A DNA stretch of 64,000 nt from Raillietiella orientalis. Its lineage: Eukaryota. The translations under genes were made by a program, and so were the position numbers. The DNA lies in contig JAYWIR010000028.1 in assembly GCA_036172245.1 (NCBI GenBank), positions 2,232,001-2,296,000 of the forward strand, given 5' to 3'. The notes under the pieces are model-generated. The model saw only the letters and a list, made by a program, of their open reading frames with translations. It searched no databases and was not told the DNA's origin. The stretch's first letter is position 1. Each line of letters begins with the position of its first letter. Shown here piece by piece: positions 23,840-37,141 of this stretch.

Positions 23840-25520
23840 CAGACGAGACGAGAGGGTGGCTGAGATACTGCTCGTGCACCCCTCGCTCTTCCTGCTGTTT
23901 GACCTCCCGTGCAGGCGGCGGTAAATGGAGCCGCTCCACACGAACTCCGCTGTCAAAAAGTCTTGCGCGTCCACCGCCGAACAGGGAGCGCATGGACGCG
24001 GGAAACGCAACTTGTCACGTGTCCAGTCTCGCGATGCTTCTCGTGGGAGAGGGGAAAAAAGCAGCAACACGGGACCCAGTCCCGGTCATAAGAGCCCGCG
24101 GTCCTTCGGATCCTTTCCAGGAGGGAGCACTGCGTAGTTCTTTGCGTGGAACAATGATGCTCGGAAACACGAAACTCTTGGTGATTGTGACAACTGGACC
24201 ATAAGAGAAGGATTAATTACCCGTGAAAAATCCCCATAAACTGCGTGTCTTCGGCCGGAACAGGGGATTCCGGTTCCTGGAAGAATTTGAGTTCTCCTGT
24301 GGCAATGTTTGTCTCGGCTACCAGTTTCCTCGGGAGACCGGGACCTCCCGGACTCACTCTCGAAGGCCGTTCGAATGGATCTCCAAAACCTCACCGGAGT
24401 GCCACCGCTACCGACGGATGTCCAGCCGAGATTTCCTCGGCCCCAACCATGCTGTTGCTCTGCACACCTGCGGAACCGTCCATCCTCCGACAGCGGACCG
24501 CTGGAGGACAAGAACGGTCCTGACCCATCTCCGGACAGGACCGGATGCTTCGTCAGACAAGCACCGCTGCTCTTTCTCCGCAGAGCGTCCCCTTCCCGCC
24601 CCCCTCCCCCTTCACTCCTACGGCCGCCGTCGGTCCTGTTGTCCATGCCAACCGGCACCTTCCTCAAGTGCTCACGAGCGTTGCATCCGTCGTGCGGTGA
24701 CCAAAAACTCATGCTCCAGTTCTCTTTACCGGCATGGGTCTACTGAGAGCCCATGGACCCCACAATCCAAGCTTTAGCGTTCAAGCGAGCCGTCACATGT
24801 CAAGTGAGCATCGCCGACAGCCGACTACCAATTTTAGGAATAGGTCGGGGTGATCTCTCCTTCTTGAGGCCTCTAGTCATTCGCTTAACTGGACAAAATG
24901 CCGTGAAAGCCATGCAGTCCGCGGACTGTTCGACGCTTCCGCATCCGCTGCGCGGAACACTCGAAAGGATTCGGAAGGTCTTGGAGGCGCGTGCACCCCA
25001 TTGGCGCAGCAGTCTCCGAGGACATGAGGTCCTGCTTCCTTCCCAGGGTTTGACGGCAGCAAGAGCGGAGACCTTCCTGGAAAAGAAAATGGACGCCTGC
25101 TAATTCCCCTGACCAGGCTGTTTTCGCCGCCTGAGGCACTTTGTGGTCGCTGCTCTCAACCAGGAAGGGCTCCCGGACTCGGAGGCGTTCTAACGTCATC
25201 CTGACGGCGGCGACTCGTCTCCGCTGAATGCCGTTCTTTAACCGAGAGCGCGTACCAAACGCCCAACGCCGGGATCCCTCTCGCATCATGAGCGGGGGGG
25301 GGCGGGGGGTTTCCATCTCAGCCGTCGCTCCTCCGCTGAATGAAAGCAGACAGCCTCGCAACTGTCTAATCCCGGTCTTCAATAATCGATGGCGTTGCCA
25401 CTGGCCCTTCCATTGGTGCGCTCTCCAATCAGCAGCAAGCACCAACAAGAGAATGGAGGCTGTTTTCCATGGTAACCTGATAGGACTGTTTGGCTTGCTC
25501 CTCTGGATCCGGATGCTGCT
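23840..25520 (+). mobile_element. Decayed hAT-superfamily transposase
   Basis: In order: TATDG (24410-24418; T.DgW), LTGQNAVKAM (TDNA.nm.kA), IRCAEH (~24943-24960; CxxH), SISAVAP (tiS.v.P), LDP (LDPR). Confidence 0.45.
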
Positions 25521-25989
25521 CCGATGCAGTCTGGCGACGCGAAACAAGGTGGAGGCGGATGGGAACAATTAGGGCGCCAAAGAGCAGGGAGACGCATAAC
25601 TGCGGCGAACATGCCGGTCATCGTTTCATCCGAACGCCGGGCGTGCCGGACGGCTTTGGAGGATTCCATGGTGAGGATCGGATGACAGCCTGACAGGCGC
25701 GGATCATTAGATGCTGTTTAATCGGGAAGGAGGGAACGGAGGGAGCTTCGCGCCGTCAGGGGAAATCGGATGCGACGAAGGAGCAGCTGGGCGAACTGCA
25801 GGGGAGAGGCGCGAAGCAAAGGATCGTCCCGCCCCCGTAATGCGGACCGCGGGAGCCAAGGGCGGTGGGCGCCGAGGATACGCGTGGGGCGCGCTCTCGG
25901 AGAACTCCGATCTCGGGCGGGGAATCACGGGGCGCGGGAATTTTCGGGAAGACCTCCTCGCTCGCCGCAGGGAAGATCGCTCACGCGCC

Positions 25990-27050
25990 CAGAGAACACC
26001 ATGGCTTGCGCGTGTTCACCCGGCGATACTTGCGCCGACGAAGCCTTCCAGGAAGCGTTCCCTGACTTTCCGGATGGCAGATGGCTCTACGGCCGCTTCC
26101 CGGAATGCTCTTTGTGGGATTGGAGCTCTCAAGGCGGTCTTCCGAGTTCTCACCACCACCGCAGCCGCCACCGCCATATCCTGCTTGGCATGCAATCGGG
26201 AACAGTCACGCCTACTGAGTGGCTGGTCGCAGAATCGTGCACCATTGCTCGAGTGCCCAAGAATCCTCCACGACCACGCGCAGCTCACTCGAAAGTCCTC
26301 ACGGCTCACGGCAGGAGAAAAAGTGGTTTCTGCACCGCAGATCTCTGCTTCATATTCCGCGTGAGCAGGGAACCATCAGAGAGTTTCTTAGACTGCTCCA
26401 CATTTGAAGCTTAGATCAGGCAGTTCTCCGTTTGGTCACAGATCAGCATCCTCTTCCCGGTTGCATCTCAGGATGCTGTGGGAATTCTTCGGACCTCTTG
26501 CACCAGCTTTCCAGCTTGTCCACCAGGCGGCGCTCCTGCCGACGAAGGCCTTTCACGCTGTGACCACTGACCCTGCTGCAAACGGAGGCATGTGGTCCGT
26601 AGTGCGAGTCCACTACCATGGGACTCCATCACGCCACGTGTGTTGCGAAGGCATCGACCTGCATCTTTCCGTGAGCCGCCTTCCGCGCCGCTGTTGGTGG
26701 ACTTGGCCCCACTCCTCTTTGCCGGACGAGTCCCTTTGCACGTGCTTCCGCCATGCCTTATATCAGAGGATATGCCTTATTGCTCCTGATTCGGTCTCCC
26801 CATGTCCGACGGATCCCAAGTTTCTCCTACCTAGGATTCGTTGTTCGGAGGTCCTACGATTCCAGGACGCCCTCTATACCAGCGCTCGGGCCTGCTTTCT
26901 TGGGTGGGGATCAGAGGTAGGGGCGCCTCTTAACATTTTCCCCCTACTCTCTTCCATGCAGCTTCCATTCTTCGGACTCGGTCGCCGAGTGACCGACGGT
27001 TCTTCTCCTTGGAGTGCCATCAGCACTGTTTTGGGGAGAATAGAATTATC
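25990..27050 (-). mobile_element. Decayed LINE RT (Ingi/I/Jockey-like)
   Basis: KAFV then LVDKL (frameshifted, ~26510-26552), FCDQP (Y.nD.P), HAKQDMAV (YADDLA position), KYRRV (KYLGV position). Confidence 0.5.
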
Positions 27051-27369
27051 CGGGACATGACACGCTGAGATCTCAAGGAGACTTCACATGGGGCAACATT
27101 TTTGGAGTAACTTCAGCTGTCCGAGAATGTCCCCTCCTCCTTCTCCCGAATTCTGCACTGGAATGTTGTCCTCTGAGCCTTCAGGAAGCGTTGTCTCCCT
27201 ATCTATCTTCCTTTCCATGCTCTTTAAAGGCAAACCGTGGTACGAGCCGATTCCTTCCTTGTTCTTCCAGGAGGACCTTCGAGTGTGTCCGCAGCGCAAA
27301 GACGGAACAACCTGACGGGAAAAAAGGAATGGAGAATCCACCGCTCACACAGAAATCGTCCCAGGCATC

Positions 27370-28300
27370 GACCCCATGAAAAGAGTGGGACGTCGGTGGC
27401 ACATGATGGATCCAGAGATTTGTTGCATCTCGCTCCACGTTGTTCCAGTGGACATCTAGTTCAGCAAAAACTGCATCCGCAAGAGATGCATCCCGAAAGA
27501 AGACGAAGGAAGGAGTGGATGTATAACTGCTACATCCTAATTCCCACTTACCATCTGGAAAAGGGAGTTCAGCAGCTGGAAAGGGGAGTTCCGAATGTCT
27601 GATGATGGGATCTACGTGATTTCGCGTTGCATCGCAACGTGAAACCATCTCTCTTGCACAGAGCGTGATCGGTGCATTTCCCTTGCTTTCCTTGTCTGGT
27701 CGAATCGACTGGTGATTTCGAGAGCGCCGAGCGGCCTCAGCCAGTCTGGCAGAAAGGGGTAGACGGAAAGAGCGCCATGGAGGCAAAGCAGGATATCTCC
27801 GGAAGGTGACTCCTTCTTCCCATCATCTGTGGACTTCGCCCAAGAGCCGGCATGCTGCCCCTTCACAACCCTGTTTTTTGGGATTGTAGAGCTTCCTTGC
27901 AAGAGCAGGAGAGCCCACAGTTCATCTGGAATTGCACAAGCACCGAGAGCTGCCCTTCATTTCGTCTTTGAGGAGATCTCTTTGAGGAGATACAACTCCC
28001 GACGCAGGGCATCCATCTTCGTTCATCTGTTGTGAAATGGTACGAGTTGTATAGCGCATGTGAATGCAAAAATAAAGTCAATCTCCTTCCTCCTCTGTCT
28101 ATTCCCGTTCACCTGTCTGATACGTCATTGCTTGGCGGAGAGAAGGTCACTTTTCCTTCCTGCAAGGTTTTGCACTCTGACTCCTTTCCCTTCGTCCAGC
28201 TGCTTCTCTCTTCACTTGGAAGGCCTGACGTCGAAGGTCTTCAGAGTTCCTCTCAGAGGACGTATCCATGCAAAAGAGACTGGATCTCACTGTCTTTGAG
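27370..28300 (-). mobile_element. Second decayed Ty3/gypsy pol fragment (RNase H, then integrase)
   Basis: FTTDE (F..TDH), VVKGQ, GDILL...VYP, RSRSVQERWF..MQREI (rAr.sv.WP.m..dI), ELPFPDGKW, WIHHVPPTSHSFHG (GI.H....P.SNG). Confidence 0.55.
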
Positions 28301-28449
28301 GAGCTGCCTCCGAGATAGCTAAGAAGCAGGAAGATTTATCGGCTTTACCGTCGACACAACGAGTATGCCACTAGGGAATGAGAAGTGCCCATCGGAAACA
28401 GCGCAAAAGAAAGAATGCCCGTTCATCGAGAGGACTGATGAAGTTCCAT

Positions 28450-29950
28450 GGTTACTCTTTCCCTGTTCCCATGCCTCTCCATTCTGCCACAGACCGTCAT
28501 TACGAAACCGCGAGCACAATACCTGTCATTAGAGCTCATCATCGCAAAAGACGTCGCGGGTGATGAGGTTGGGCTCAGAGCTCATCACGATGGATCCTCG
28601 CACAGCATCCCTCCTACTAAACATTGCCGGCGTTCTGACATTAAAGGGTCCGCGGAATCTCGAATTGCGGAAGCCGCTCTTGCGGCAGCACCTTGGCTTC
28701 CTAGCTCACCACCTCCTTCCCTCTCACGGCTTTTCGTTTTTCCATCCCCCCCCCCACCTTCTTTCTGTCAAGGTGGATGCACACTTTGTAGATCATTTTA
28801 TCTCCTGTTCACGGGCCGGAAGATCCTCAGAAAGCAGGAGAGGGAGAACGAAGGCGGCGACTTGCTGATCACCTCCAAGCCCTCTCTCTCGCCCTCTGAC
28901 CCGCCTCACCTGTCTGAAGAGATCCCAACCAGGTTACGAGCTCAAATGTCAGCAGAAGTTGGCGTTTCTGGAGCGGAAGGGTCTGACGGCGCCCTGTTCT
29001 CTCAGAAGGAGCACTCTCTATCTATGGGAGACGTAGCTGCTCGAGTCCAAGCTCGACTTTATCAAAAGCCTCTTCCGGAAGCATCCACAAAGAAGATGTG
29101 GTCCTCTCCTTTCCTCCTCCCTCATCCCAAGGCCACAGTTTTAGATGGTCTCATTGGTTTGCACCTCTCTTTTCGAGAAGAACTTCATCCATCGGCCAGT
29201 GGAGAGCTTCCCTCCTGCAAGAGTCTGAAACTTTCTGAATTCCCACACAAAGAGAAGAGAAACTGCTGCAACGCTCGTGAAAAACACTGCCGACTTGTCG
29301 TCACCAAGGCAGTTTGCCTTCCGGCTGACCGTTTGGAACGCGGCGAGTGCTCAGGGAGGACGCTACCAGGGGCGAGCAGGAAGAAGCGTGACTCACTCAT
29401 GAGTCAGATGGAAAAGCCTTTCCGCGTTCAGTGCTCCGTTCAAAACCGGGAGAAGCAAAGGGAAGTGGGAAGCAGAGAGCTAGCAGGGAGGAAGGAAGCG
29501 GACGAGAGATTCCCCGAAGATTCATCGTTCCAGCTTTCATGCTAGGACCGCACAGTCCTAGGATAGAGGATGCAGTCTGAAGCCATACCTTCTCCTTCAC
29601 GGAAGACGACCTCAGAAAAGGTGAGAGTGAGGAGAAAGAAAAGTACTGGCCATCCTCGCCCGGAGGAGACCCATCTGCGTGTCCCTCCCGAACTCTCTTT
29701 GGCGGAGATATGTCGCCGTAGCACTCTGAGGAAAGGGAAAATAAAAAAAAGACAGAAAAGGAAATGCCTTGCCTAACTCTGATACCCCTCAGGAGTTTCT
29801 CCAGCAGTTTTTCCGTCCGTCCGAGTACGGAGAAGGAAGAAAGCCTACAGAAACTTCCTCCTCTGCAGTGCCGAGGCGAATAAGAAGAGGAGATGAGGGA
29901 ACCCTCCAGTGGAGAAGGTCTTTGAGAGCAGGAGATGACAGTGAGCAGCA
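28450..29950 (-). mobile_element. Decayed LINE ORF2 (APE C-terminal half plus RT), RTE/CR1-like
   Basis: FFVDAS../AFDKV at 29055-29088; upstream RWVSSGRG..VLFFLL (TW.s....iDyil) and a G..LL APE-like motif. Confidence 0.55.
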
Positions 29951-30599
29951 GTAGGAGGAGAAAGGAATCAGAGAAGAATGAACGAACAGAAAGGGAGGTG
30001 GAGGAGGAGAAAGAGCAGAAGCTCTCCTCTTTCCCAGTCTTTCTGTTGGTTTTCTTCGGACTTTGCGCGTCATTCGTCCATCAGCACCCACCCTCAATTT
30101 TGATCCTTTTTCTGCTGGTGTGACGGGCAAATCGAAGGGGGCACAGAATCCAACTTGAGGCAGATCCCCCTTACACACACCCGCCCCAAAGTAATTACGA
30201 GTACGGGAACATTCCAAGGATGGGATGGAGGGGAAGGGGGGTGGGGAAACAAGGTGGGAGGGGAGTGGTGAGGAGTAGCAGAAGAAGAATGCTGGAAAAA
30301 ATGCATCTTCCGTAATCTCGCAATCCCTAAATCACGTGACCTCTAAACGGCGACTGTGCGCCTGCCCTCCTCACCTCTTGCACGTGGCCCCTCCCGATCC
30401 ATCGAAAGCACCGAATCCAGCTGTGATTATCGCAAAAATAACAATCCGCCCCGACTATTACTCCTCCGCGTTCCCGGGAACGCCACCCCTCGCCTTCTTA
30501 TACAAACGACCTCACCAGAAGAGTGTGGGGAGACAACCCCCATTTGCTTCCATTTAGCCCCATGATTCCACGGAGCGATGAGATCTCGGAACGCCCGCA

Positions 30600-32300
30600 T
30601 TCCTCTGGTTCTGCCGAGCGCGTTCCAGAGGTCGGGGGAAAGAGCCCGCGCGGCCCAAGGACCTCGTCTTGCAGATCGCTAGAGTGAGGTGGCTCAGATC
30701 GAGCTCTGCGTCCGGGGAAACGCGAGTGTCTCGCAGACCGAGCATGCTGATCCCACCGCTTTCCTCTCCCGGATTTTCGGAAGCTCCTCCTTTCTCTCTC
30801 CTCGTTTGCATCTTCGCTCACGGACGGATGCTGCGATCTTCCTGCTGGTGGAGGAAGGGGTCGTGAGGAGACCCCGGCCTGGATTCGGGTCCTCAGGGCA
30901 GGCTGCTGCGTCCGGGGAATCTTCCTCTCTTCGAAGACGAACGGAGCTGCCGTTTCTTCAGCACACGAAGGAACAGACGCAATTCTCTCCTTGCAGGAGA
31001 CTCCAGGTGTCCAGCATCCGACGGGGTGCTGGAGGTTGGATGTTTAGCTCCGGGCGCTGCGGAGAATCCTCAACGGTGGAGAGGGGCAGCTTCTTCCGAA
31101 AGGGATGAAAAGAAGAGAGCGGAAGTCCTCGTCAGATGGTGCAAGCGAAGCTCCGCCTCCTGAGGACTTTGCAACTGGGGTGATCTCGGTGAGTTAAATG
31201 CCCGGTGACCCGGAGGAAAGCCAAAATGACAGGAGGAGTCGTTGGCACTTTCAACACAAAAAAACAAGCGGTCTCTCAATCCAGCAGAAGAGCCCAACGG
31301 GAGTAGGGCCTTCCAGGGCGTTTGCGACTTTCAAGATGCCTCTGAAGCTCCATCCGGAAGTCGGCGATTCTTCCTCAGGGCTTCTTTCTCGGAATCTCGA
31401 AACCATGAGACCTCTGGACGGACGGCGACAATCTTCCTGCCCTCCAGCTCCAGGTGCGACTCCTACGAACTTCCCCTCCAAGCAACGAGGAAGAAAAGGC
31501 GGCGGCTGGCCTTGCGAGAGACCGTTTGTCCCAAGAGTGGGCTCCGCAGACTCTTCGGGGGATAGGGGAAGGAAGGCAGATCCTCGAGGATGCGGTGGCT
31601 GCGAGTAAGTTTGGGCGCGCCCGTGAGGCGTGCTCCGAGCTTAACAACGGATGGATCTGATGCTCAGAGGCGTTCGGAGGGCAAGGCTTCGAAACCGAGA
31701 GGTCTGCTGCCTCACGGCGAGCGCGTTGCGTCGCAAAAAAGCCGGGAGTGTAGGAACCCTCATCCTTTCCTGGAATCCCACACCGGGAACCGCACCCGGC
31801 AGGAACGGTAGCGTGCGAGGACGGAAGAGGGAAGCTGAGGCCAGCTGAAGTATTTGTCTGCCGCGTTCACCGCTGCAGCTGCTGCTTCTTCCGTCCCGAG
31901 TCAGAACAGGAGACGGAAGACGAGCAGGGAGACTCGGGACTTCCCTGGCACCACGAAGCTGGGATTTGAGACTTCCGGGCAAGCACCGGGAAGGAGGATG
32001 CGCGCGGCTCTTGGAACGGAAAAGAGCTACGATCCGGGCTGGTCAACTCCTTGGAGGACAAGCACTGCCGGGCTTCACCGTTCCGCCGGCACCGTCCGCA
32101 CCGGCTTTGTTGGGGGGATGAGGAGAAACGGGACCCTTTCAGGCCTGGACGATGTAGGTATCTACCGCGAGTTCCCCTTTCCTCCCTCCTTCCCCGCTGA
32201 AAGCAGCACGGATACCAGCTTTGAGGAGGAAGAATGACGACAGTCACCCCCCTCCTTCTGGAGACTCTCGCGCGCCTCCTGCCGCTTCGCCCTCGGTCTC
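30600..32300 (-). mobile_element. Decayed non-LTR RT
   Basis: In order: PNKAGADG (32091-32114), IPASWCQG, FLPG, ADLS, TNGLSQGQP...CLE (31503-31529; GvrQG.PLSP..lE), IAD. Confidence 0.65.
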
Positions 32301-32399
32301 GATTCCGGACGACAGCTGGAATCTGTTCCGAGGTCGCGCTGGTTCGCTAAAACCATCTTTCGTCCTGCTGTGGTGATGGTAGCGACATCGATAGCGTAC

Positions 32400-34200
32400 T
32401 AAGAACGAGCCCATGCAGTGTGGTTTTGCATGTGGGATGGAGTCTCACCCATAGTCCACACCTCCGACACCAGCGATCCGCCAATGGTCTTCTGACAGCT
32501 TCACGTACAGGAGACAAGCCGAGTCCCGCCGCATCTTCAGATAACCAGAAAATAAGATAGGGCTTCCCGGATTCCTGAATTATTCCTTGCAGCCGCAGCT
32601 TCAAAACTATGATACTTGGCACCCGCGACCCGGTAGCGGCAGCTCACGTCGTGACCTTCGACAGCTTGCTCTACAAGCTAGCCGAGAGACGAGGAGTGCG
32701 GATGAGGGACGGTCCTCATCGCGAGGGTTCTTCCCCGAGCTCTTTTATCCTACGGTGGGATCGGAAACCGGTTACTAGAACCGTCTTGACCTTGGGGATC
32801 CAAGAAAGCACCCGAGAACAGTCTGTGTCGACAAGGGGACCGGCGTCGGTGGAGCCGCCTCCGCAGCGGATGCCTCCGTCCGAAGAAGGCGAGCTCTCCC
32901 GCGAGCTGCACCGGATGCTCTCGAAGGAGGCAGGCGCTCGCGACGGAGCAGTCAAGATCCGTGAGCGCGCGCTCCCGCTCCAGGAAAGCTACTGTCTTTG
33001 GGGAACGCCGGCTCCCGATTAATGGGGCGAGTGGGGAGGATGTCCGACGATAGAGGGGCCAGTAAATAAATTTGCACCGAGATGGGTTAAGGATCCGGGA
33101 ATCAAGGGTTGATTGCCTGCGAAAACACTGGGGGACACAGGAAGGGTAGCCCGACCTCTGTAGGTCCTCTCCTTCTCCCCAAACTGTGTCGGCCTCGAGA
33201 ACGGCCGCAGGGGTCTGTGAGAACGCGGCGATGGGTGGCTAATTGATGAACGCTGTCGCGGCAATCCGGAGGTACAACGATAGGCACTCCGACGAGGTTC
33301 CGATAAATTTACCGGGAGCGGGCGGCAATTGACTTGGAAATGCGCCCCATCCCTTTCGTCACGCTCCTCCCCTCTTCCTCCCACGGACGCGTTAAATGAT
33401 CCCTGGAAGAGGAGGAACAATGGGCCGACAGTCGTTTCCAAGATGGGCTCCATCCGGTACGGCAAAATCCGCTTTCTTCCTCCCGACCAATCAATACTTC
33501 CGTCCCGCCGCGCATGGGAGGTTTTCACCCGGTGACGCCGGGACGTTTATTTAAAAAAATAAACAGGCCAGAGGAGAATCTCATTCCCTCAATACAAGAG
33601 ATGAACCCCCCCAAAAGTTCACTGGCTTCTAAAAAGCAGGGAACGGAGGGAGGGGACAATAAATAGATGAAAAAAGACGGTAAAACAGGGACAGGAATCC
33701 TTGGTTTCGAACATTTCTTCCTTTCTAGAAGAGGGTGCTATGGTGGTGATCTCACTGATGACTTCTGAAAGATGAGGCCACCTTGCAACCGTTCTCCTAG
33801 AGGTGACTGTCATGCTCGTGGCCTCCCGTCATGGCGAGCAAGACTCCATCACGTAGAGGAGTGCTCCCATGGCGCGGAGGCAAGAGATCGATGGGATCAT
33901 GGAGACCGTTTTCAGCAGTCCTCGAGTGAAGAAGCGTCACAACAAGTCCGAAGCGAGGGGGTCATGCGTTGGGGGTCGACGGCGCGCCGGAGCTAGTCTC
34001 CATTGCATGCCCTCAGGGGCACTGCGGTCCAACAGGAGCTGCGGGAACGAATCCATCGTCCCACACCTTAAACAGTTCGGGGAGACAGCTTCCCTGGAAA
34101 CCAGTTGCCACGGATTGCACTGGAGTCCCCAGCACAGAACAGCAGAACGTCCCGTCTTCAATGCAACGGGAACACGGAGGTGTCCTCACACAGGGGAAGG
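32400..34200 (+). mobile_element. Decayed CRE-like non-LTR pieces (32400-33010 and 33770-34200) flanking a host-like island
   Basis: First piece: VTFDSLL, SPSSFIL, LGIQE. Second piece: SWRARL..RG (W.QA.LP..GG), AGASLHCMPS (GAWL.a.P), CHGLH. Confidence 0.4.
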
Positions 34201-34399
34201 GCCATGACTTCTTTGAGGGTCACACTCAATAAGTCGCTTTATGGAAGGAGTCCTTTCTTCCGGGAACGAGGAGTGGAGGCGTCCACCAAATTGCTCATCC
34301 GAAAACCGTTTAGGAGTTTTTCGACTCCTGCAATGCTGCAGGAGAACTCCCAACACGTTGGTTAGTACCTGTCATTGCTTGCCTTTAGGTTAGATACTA

Positions 34400-35600
34400 C
34401 TGCGGCAAGGGGTGTGGTGGTTATCCAGGACCAATGCGTCCAGTCTCATGGTAAATCTCCTAGCGGCCGGCATAGGAGTTTCTGCAGGGGTCGCAGTTCC
34501 TCTGGGCGCATTTCCAAAGTCTAGCGCCTCCTGCCTCCAGGCGTTCCAGTTTGGGCGACAGAAGGAGATTTATGGGTGAGCTACCAGTTGTGAGGACAGA
34601 TGCCTCAGGAGGTAACCGAATCCAGCTCTCCGGTGTAGGTTGTGCGGCAGCAGCAGAAAAGGTCCTTCACTTACAGCTCGTCTCTGGAGGATGTGGCGTG
34701 CCAGAGCACACCAATGGGAAGACAATTTTCCATTCAGGGACAGGGGTCGGAACTGCACCTGCAGTCTGATCTGAAGAATCAGGATGCCCAAACCGGCGTC
34801 CTGGAGCGGATTCACCAAGTCTTTCAGGAGGATCCGGGACCTTACAGCGCTCCACAAGGCGTTATGTAAAAGGCGCTGAGTCCAGATCCTCACCGATCGA
34901 GATGGCAGGCAACTAAAAAATAAGGAGCGGAGGAGGAGGCAACAAAAGTGTTCCATTTGGAACACTTTTGTTGCCTCCGAAAAGACGAATTTGCCTTGGA
35001 GGAACAGGCCGAGAACCATCTCTGCCCTCTGAAAGAAGTCCTATTACGCTTTTGCTGAGCCAAAGTCGCCCAACGGAACGTCAAGATATTTGAAGTACCT
35101 GCTCGTGAGGATCTCCAGGTGGATCTAGTCGGCCTGCCCCTCCCATAATGCACCCATCGGTATGACCACGCACTTTCTGTAGACGGTTATGCCCGCATCC
35201 CGGCGGAACAACTCGAAGAAGTCCTCGAACCTTTCTGCCGGGATGGACATGGGTACCAAGAGAAGCAGGTAGAAGAAGGGATGCCGGCTGCCATCGCCTC
35301 TCCTCCTCCTATCCCGCTCTTGGCGGTTCGGGGAAGAAGCCACTCCATCTGCTTTTCGACTTTCCCTTGATCTGCCTTCGGACGCTCCCGCCGGCAGCCC
35401 GACCACAGGTGCCTCCAGCTCCTCCCCGAATGCGATCAAGAGAAAGTGGGAGTCTTCTGAGCGGGCACCTCCTTCCACGTTGTCAGGAGATACAAGAAGT
35501 CCTTGGATCCGCCCGGCACCGCCGACGTCCCGCGCTTTCAGCAAGGCGATGCCCTGTTTCTCCTTCTGCCATCGGGTAGCCTTTCTTTGCTCCGACGTGG
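34400..35600 (-). mobile_element. Decayed Penelope-like element RT
   Basis: VYRKCVVIPMGA...QAD*IHLE (~35110-35187; Y.Q..GIPMG....lAdL.L), RYFKYLD (35080-35100; FRYIDD), LGLFL..KF (FLDL), LVNPLQDAG (L...GY). Confidence 0.7.
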
Positions 35601-36550
35601 CGGGCTGTCAGGAAAATCCAGCTCGCTCTGGACGGGAACGCCGGGCAAGCGACAAGTCGTGGAGTGCGGGACGCCCTCCCGCCTGACGGTCAACGTCCCC
35701 GCAGGAGGATGGAGGGGGAACGAGGCTGCTCACCGACGGGATTCAGGGAGACCATTCCTCTGCCCGAGCAGAGCGCCTCGGCAACGCGATCCCTCCGCGT
35801 GTCCCAGGGAAGGGATGCTCCCGTTTCCGATGAAGGCTTTGCTTTGGCAAGAGCAAGACGGAGGGCTGTCACTCGTCTGAGGAACGCCTGCATGCTGCCT
35901 CTCCGTGCTCGTCTTGGCAGTCTTCAGGAACGAGTCGCATCTCGAGGCGCAGCAACCAGCGAGAGGAGCGCGCAGCGGAAGCACACTTCCTTCCGCGGAG
36001 TAGGGAGGCTTCTGGTGAGTGGAAATTTCCCTACCCATTATCATCGCTTTACAGTTTTGTTTCCCCTACACCCACGTTCCCATTTCAAGGCGGCTGACAT
36101 TTTAATTAATGTCTCCACACACTGAAGGGAAAAGCGGCAAGCCAACGCGCATGCGTTATCGAGTCGAGTGCACCCGATGCCTTCCAGCTCTCACCCTTTC
36201 CTGCTTCATCCCTCGGAGGAGAGAGACCCGAACGACAACAGTGATTGCTTCCTTCCCTTTTCCATGGCGACCGGCGTGCGCGAAAGCCTCACGCATTCGT
36301 GAAAATAATTAAAAAGGACTGCTAATACGCGGGCGAAAAATTTGAAAAATGTGGTGGCGATCCGGACGCGTTTGGAAAGTCATGAATCCGTGGCGTGGAT
36401 GCCGAGGGAGCTGACCCGAATCACCAAGAAAACGCGCCCCACGTGCGCCGCAGCGTCTTTGCTGCTGGTGCTTTACCTGTGTGCTTTCCCGTTGCTTCAC
36501 CGTCCTTCCACTCAGTCTTCCGGAATGGAAAAAAGGAAAAAAAAAAAAGG

Positions 36551-37141
36551 CTCGCGTTGGCGACCGTGTGGCTACGGTGGTCTCTGCATGTGGCGCCATG
36601 CATTTCGGATTCGAATCCCCATGTGGAGGATCGACTCCGAAAAATGGGTGCGTCGTGGGTTTCGAATCCCCCCGGAAAGATGACGCTGGTTGGCCTGAAT
36701 ACTTCGAGTGTGGCACTGGTGGAAGACGGATGCTTTTGCTGACTGACCGGGAATGCAAGCTGACCCTCCTGGGTCCTTCCAGGAACCAAGGAGCCGGTTC
36801 CTTTCGGGATTCTCTTTTGGTTGGGAAAATGGAACCCTCCTCTTTCGCGTGCCATAGAGCTCGTTGATACCCCTCTCGGGGGGTTGGCTACCTCTCCAGA
36901 GTGTCAGAATCTCACTGTTCCCTTCGGGAAGTGATCCTTCAGAGAAATCCGGAAGCGTTCCTCTGGGGTTCTCCAGGGAAGGAAGCAAGAAGAGGTTCCT
37001 TTCCGAGAGGTCCCACTGGGAAAGAAATTTCAGGAGCAGGTTTCCTTAGGAAAGAAAATGAGGAGCGGTCCTATCAGGGGGGTTCCTCCGTAGAGAAGGT
37101 TCCTTTCGGGCTCCCTCTCAAGCGTAAGAGGAACGGACTCC
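36551..37141 (+). mobile_element. Family X copy (best preserved): tRNA-like head plus ~500-bp body
   Basis: A-box-like TGGCTACGGTGG 36569-36580; B-box GATTCGAATCC 36608-36618; further B-box-like GGATCGACTCC 36628-36638 and GGTTTCGAATCC 36658-36669. Collinear with 2039-2698 (-), 60520-60872 (-) and 1190-1350 (+). Confidence 0.8.

Noticed and set aside
27190..27300. Additional family X copies (here on the minus strand, and ggaaccaaggagcc near 53805)
   Set aside because: Only short matches without extended collinearity; cannot be separated from chance by eye.
28448..29545. Long ORFs such as 28448..29545, 10673..11587, 15440..16519, 40299..41420 and 56611..57564 as host CDS
   Set aside because: No recognisable host domains; they overlie decayed TEs (often antisense) or low-complexity GC-rich tracts.
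36562..36625. Functional tRNA gene
   Set aside because: A and B boxes are present but there is no consistent cloverleaf or anticodon arm, and copies diverge; fits a SINE-like head.
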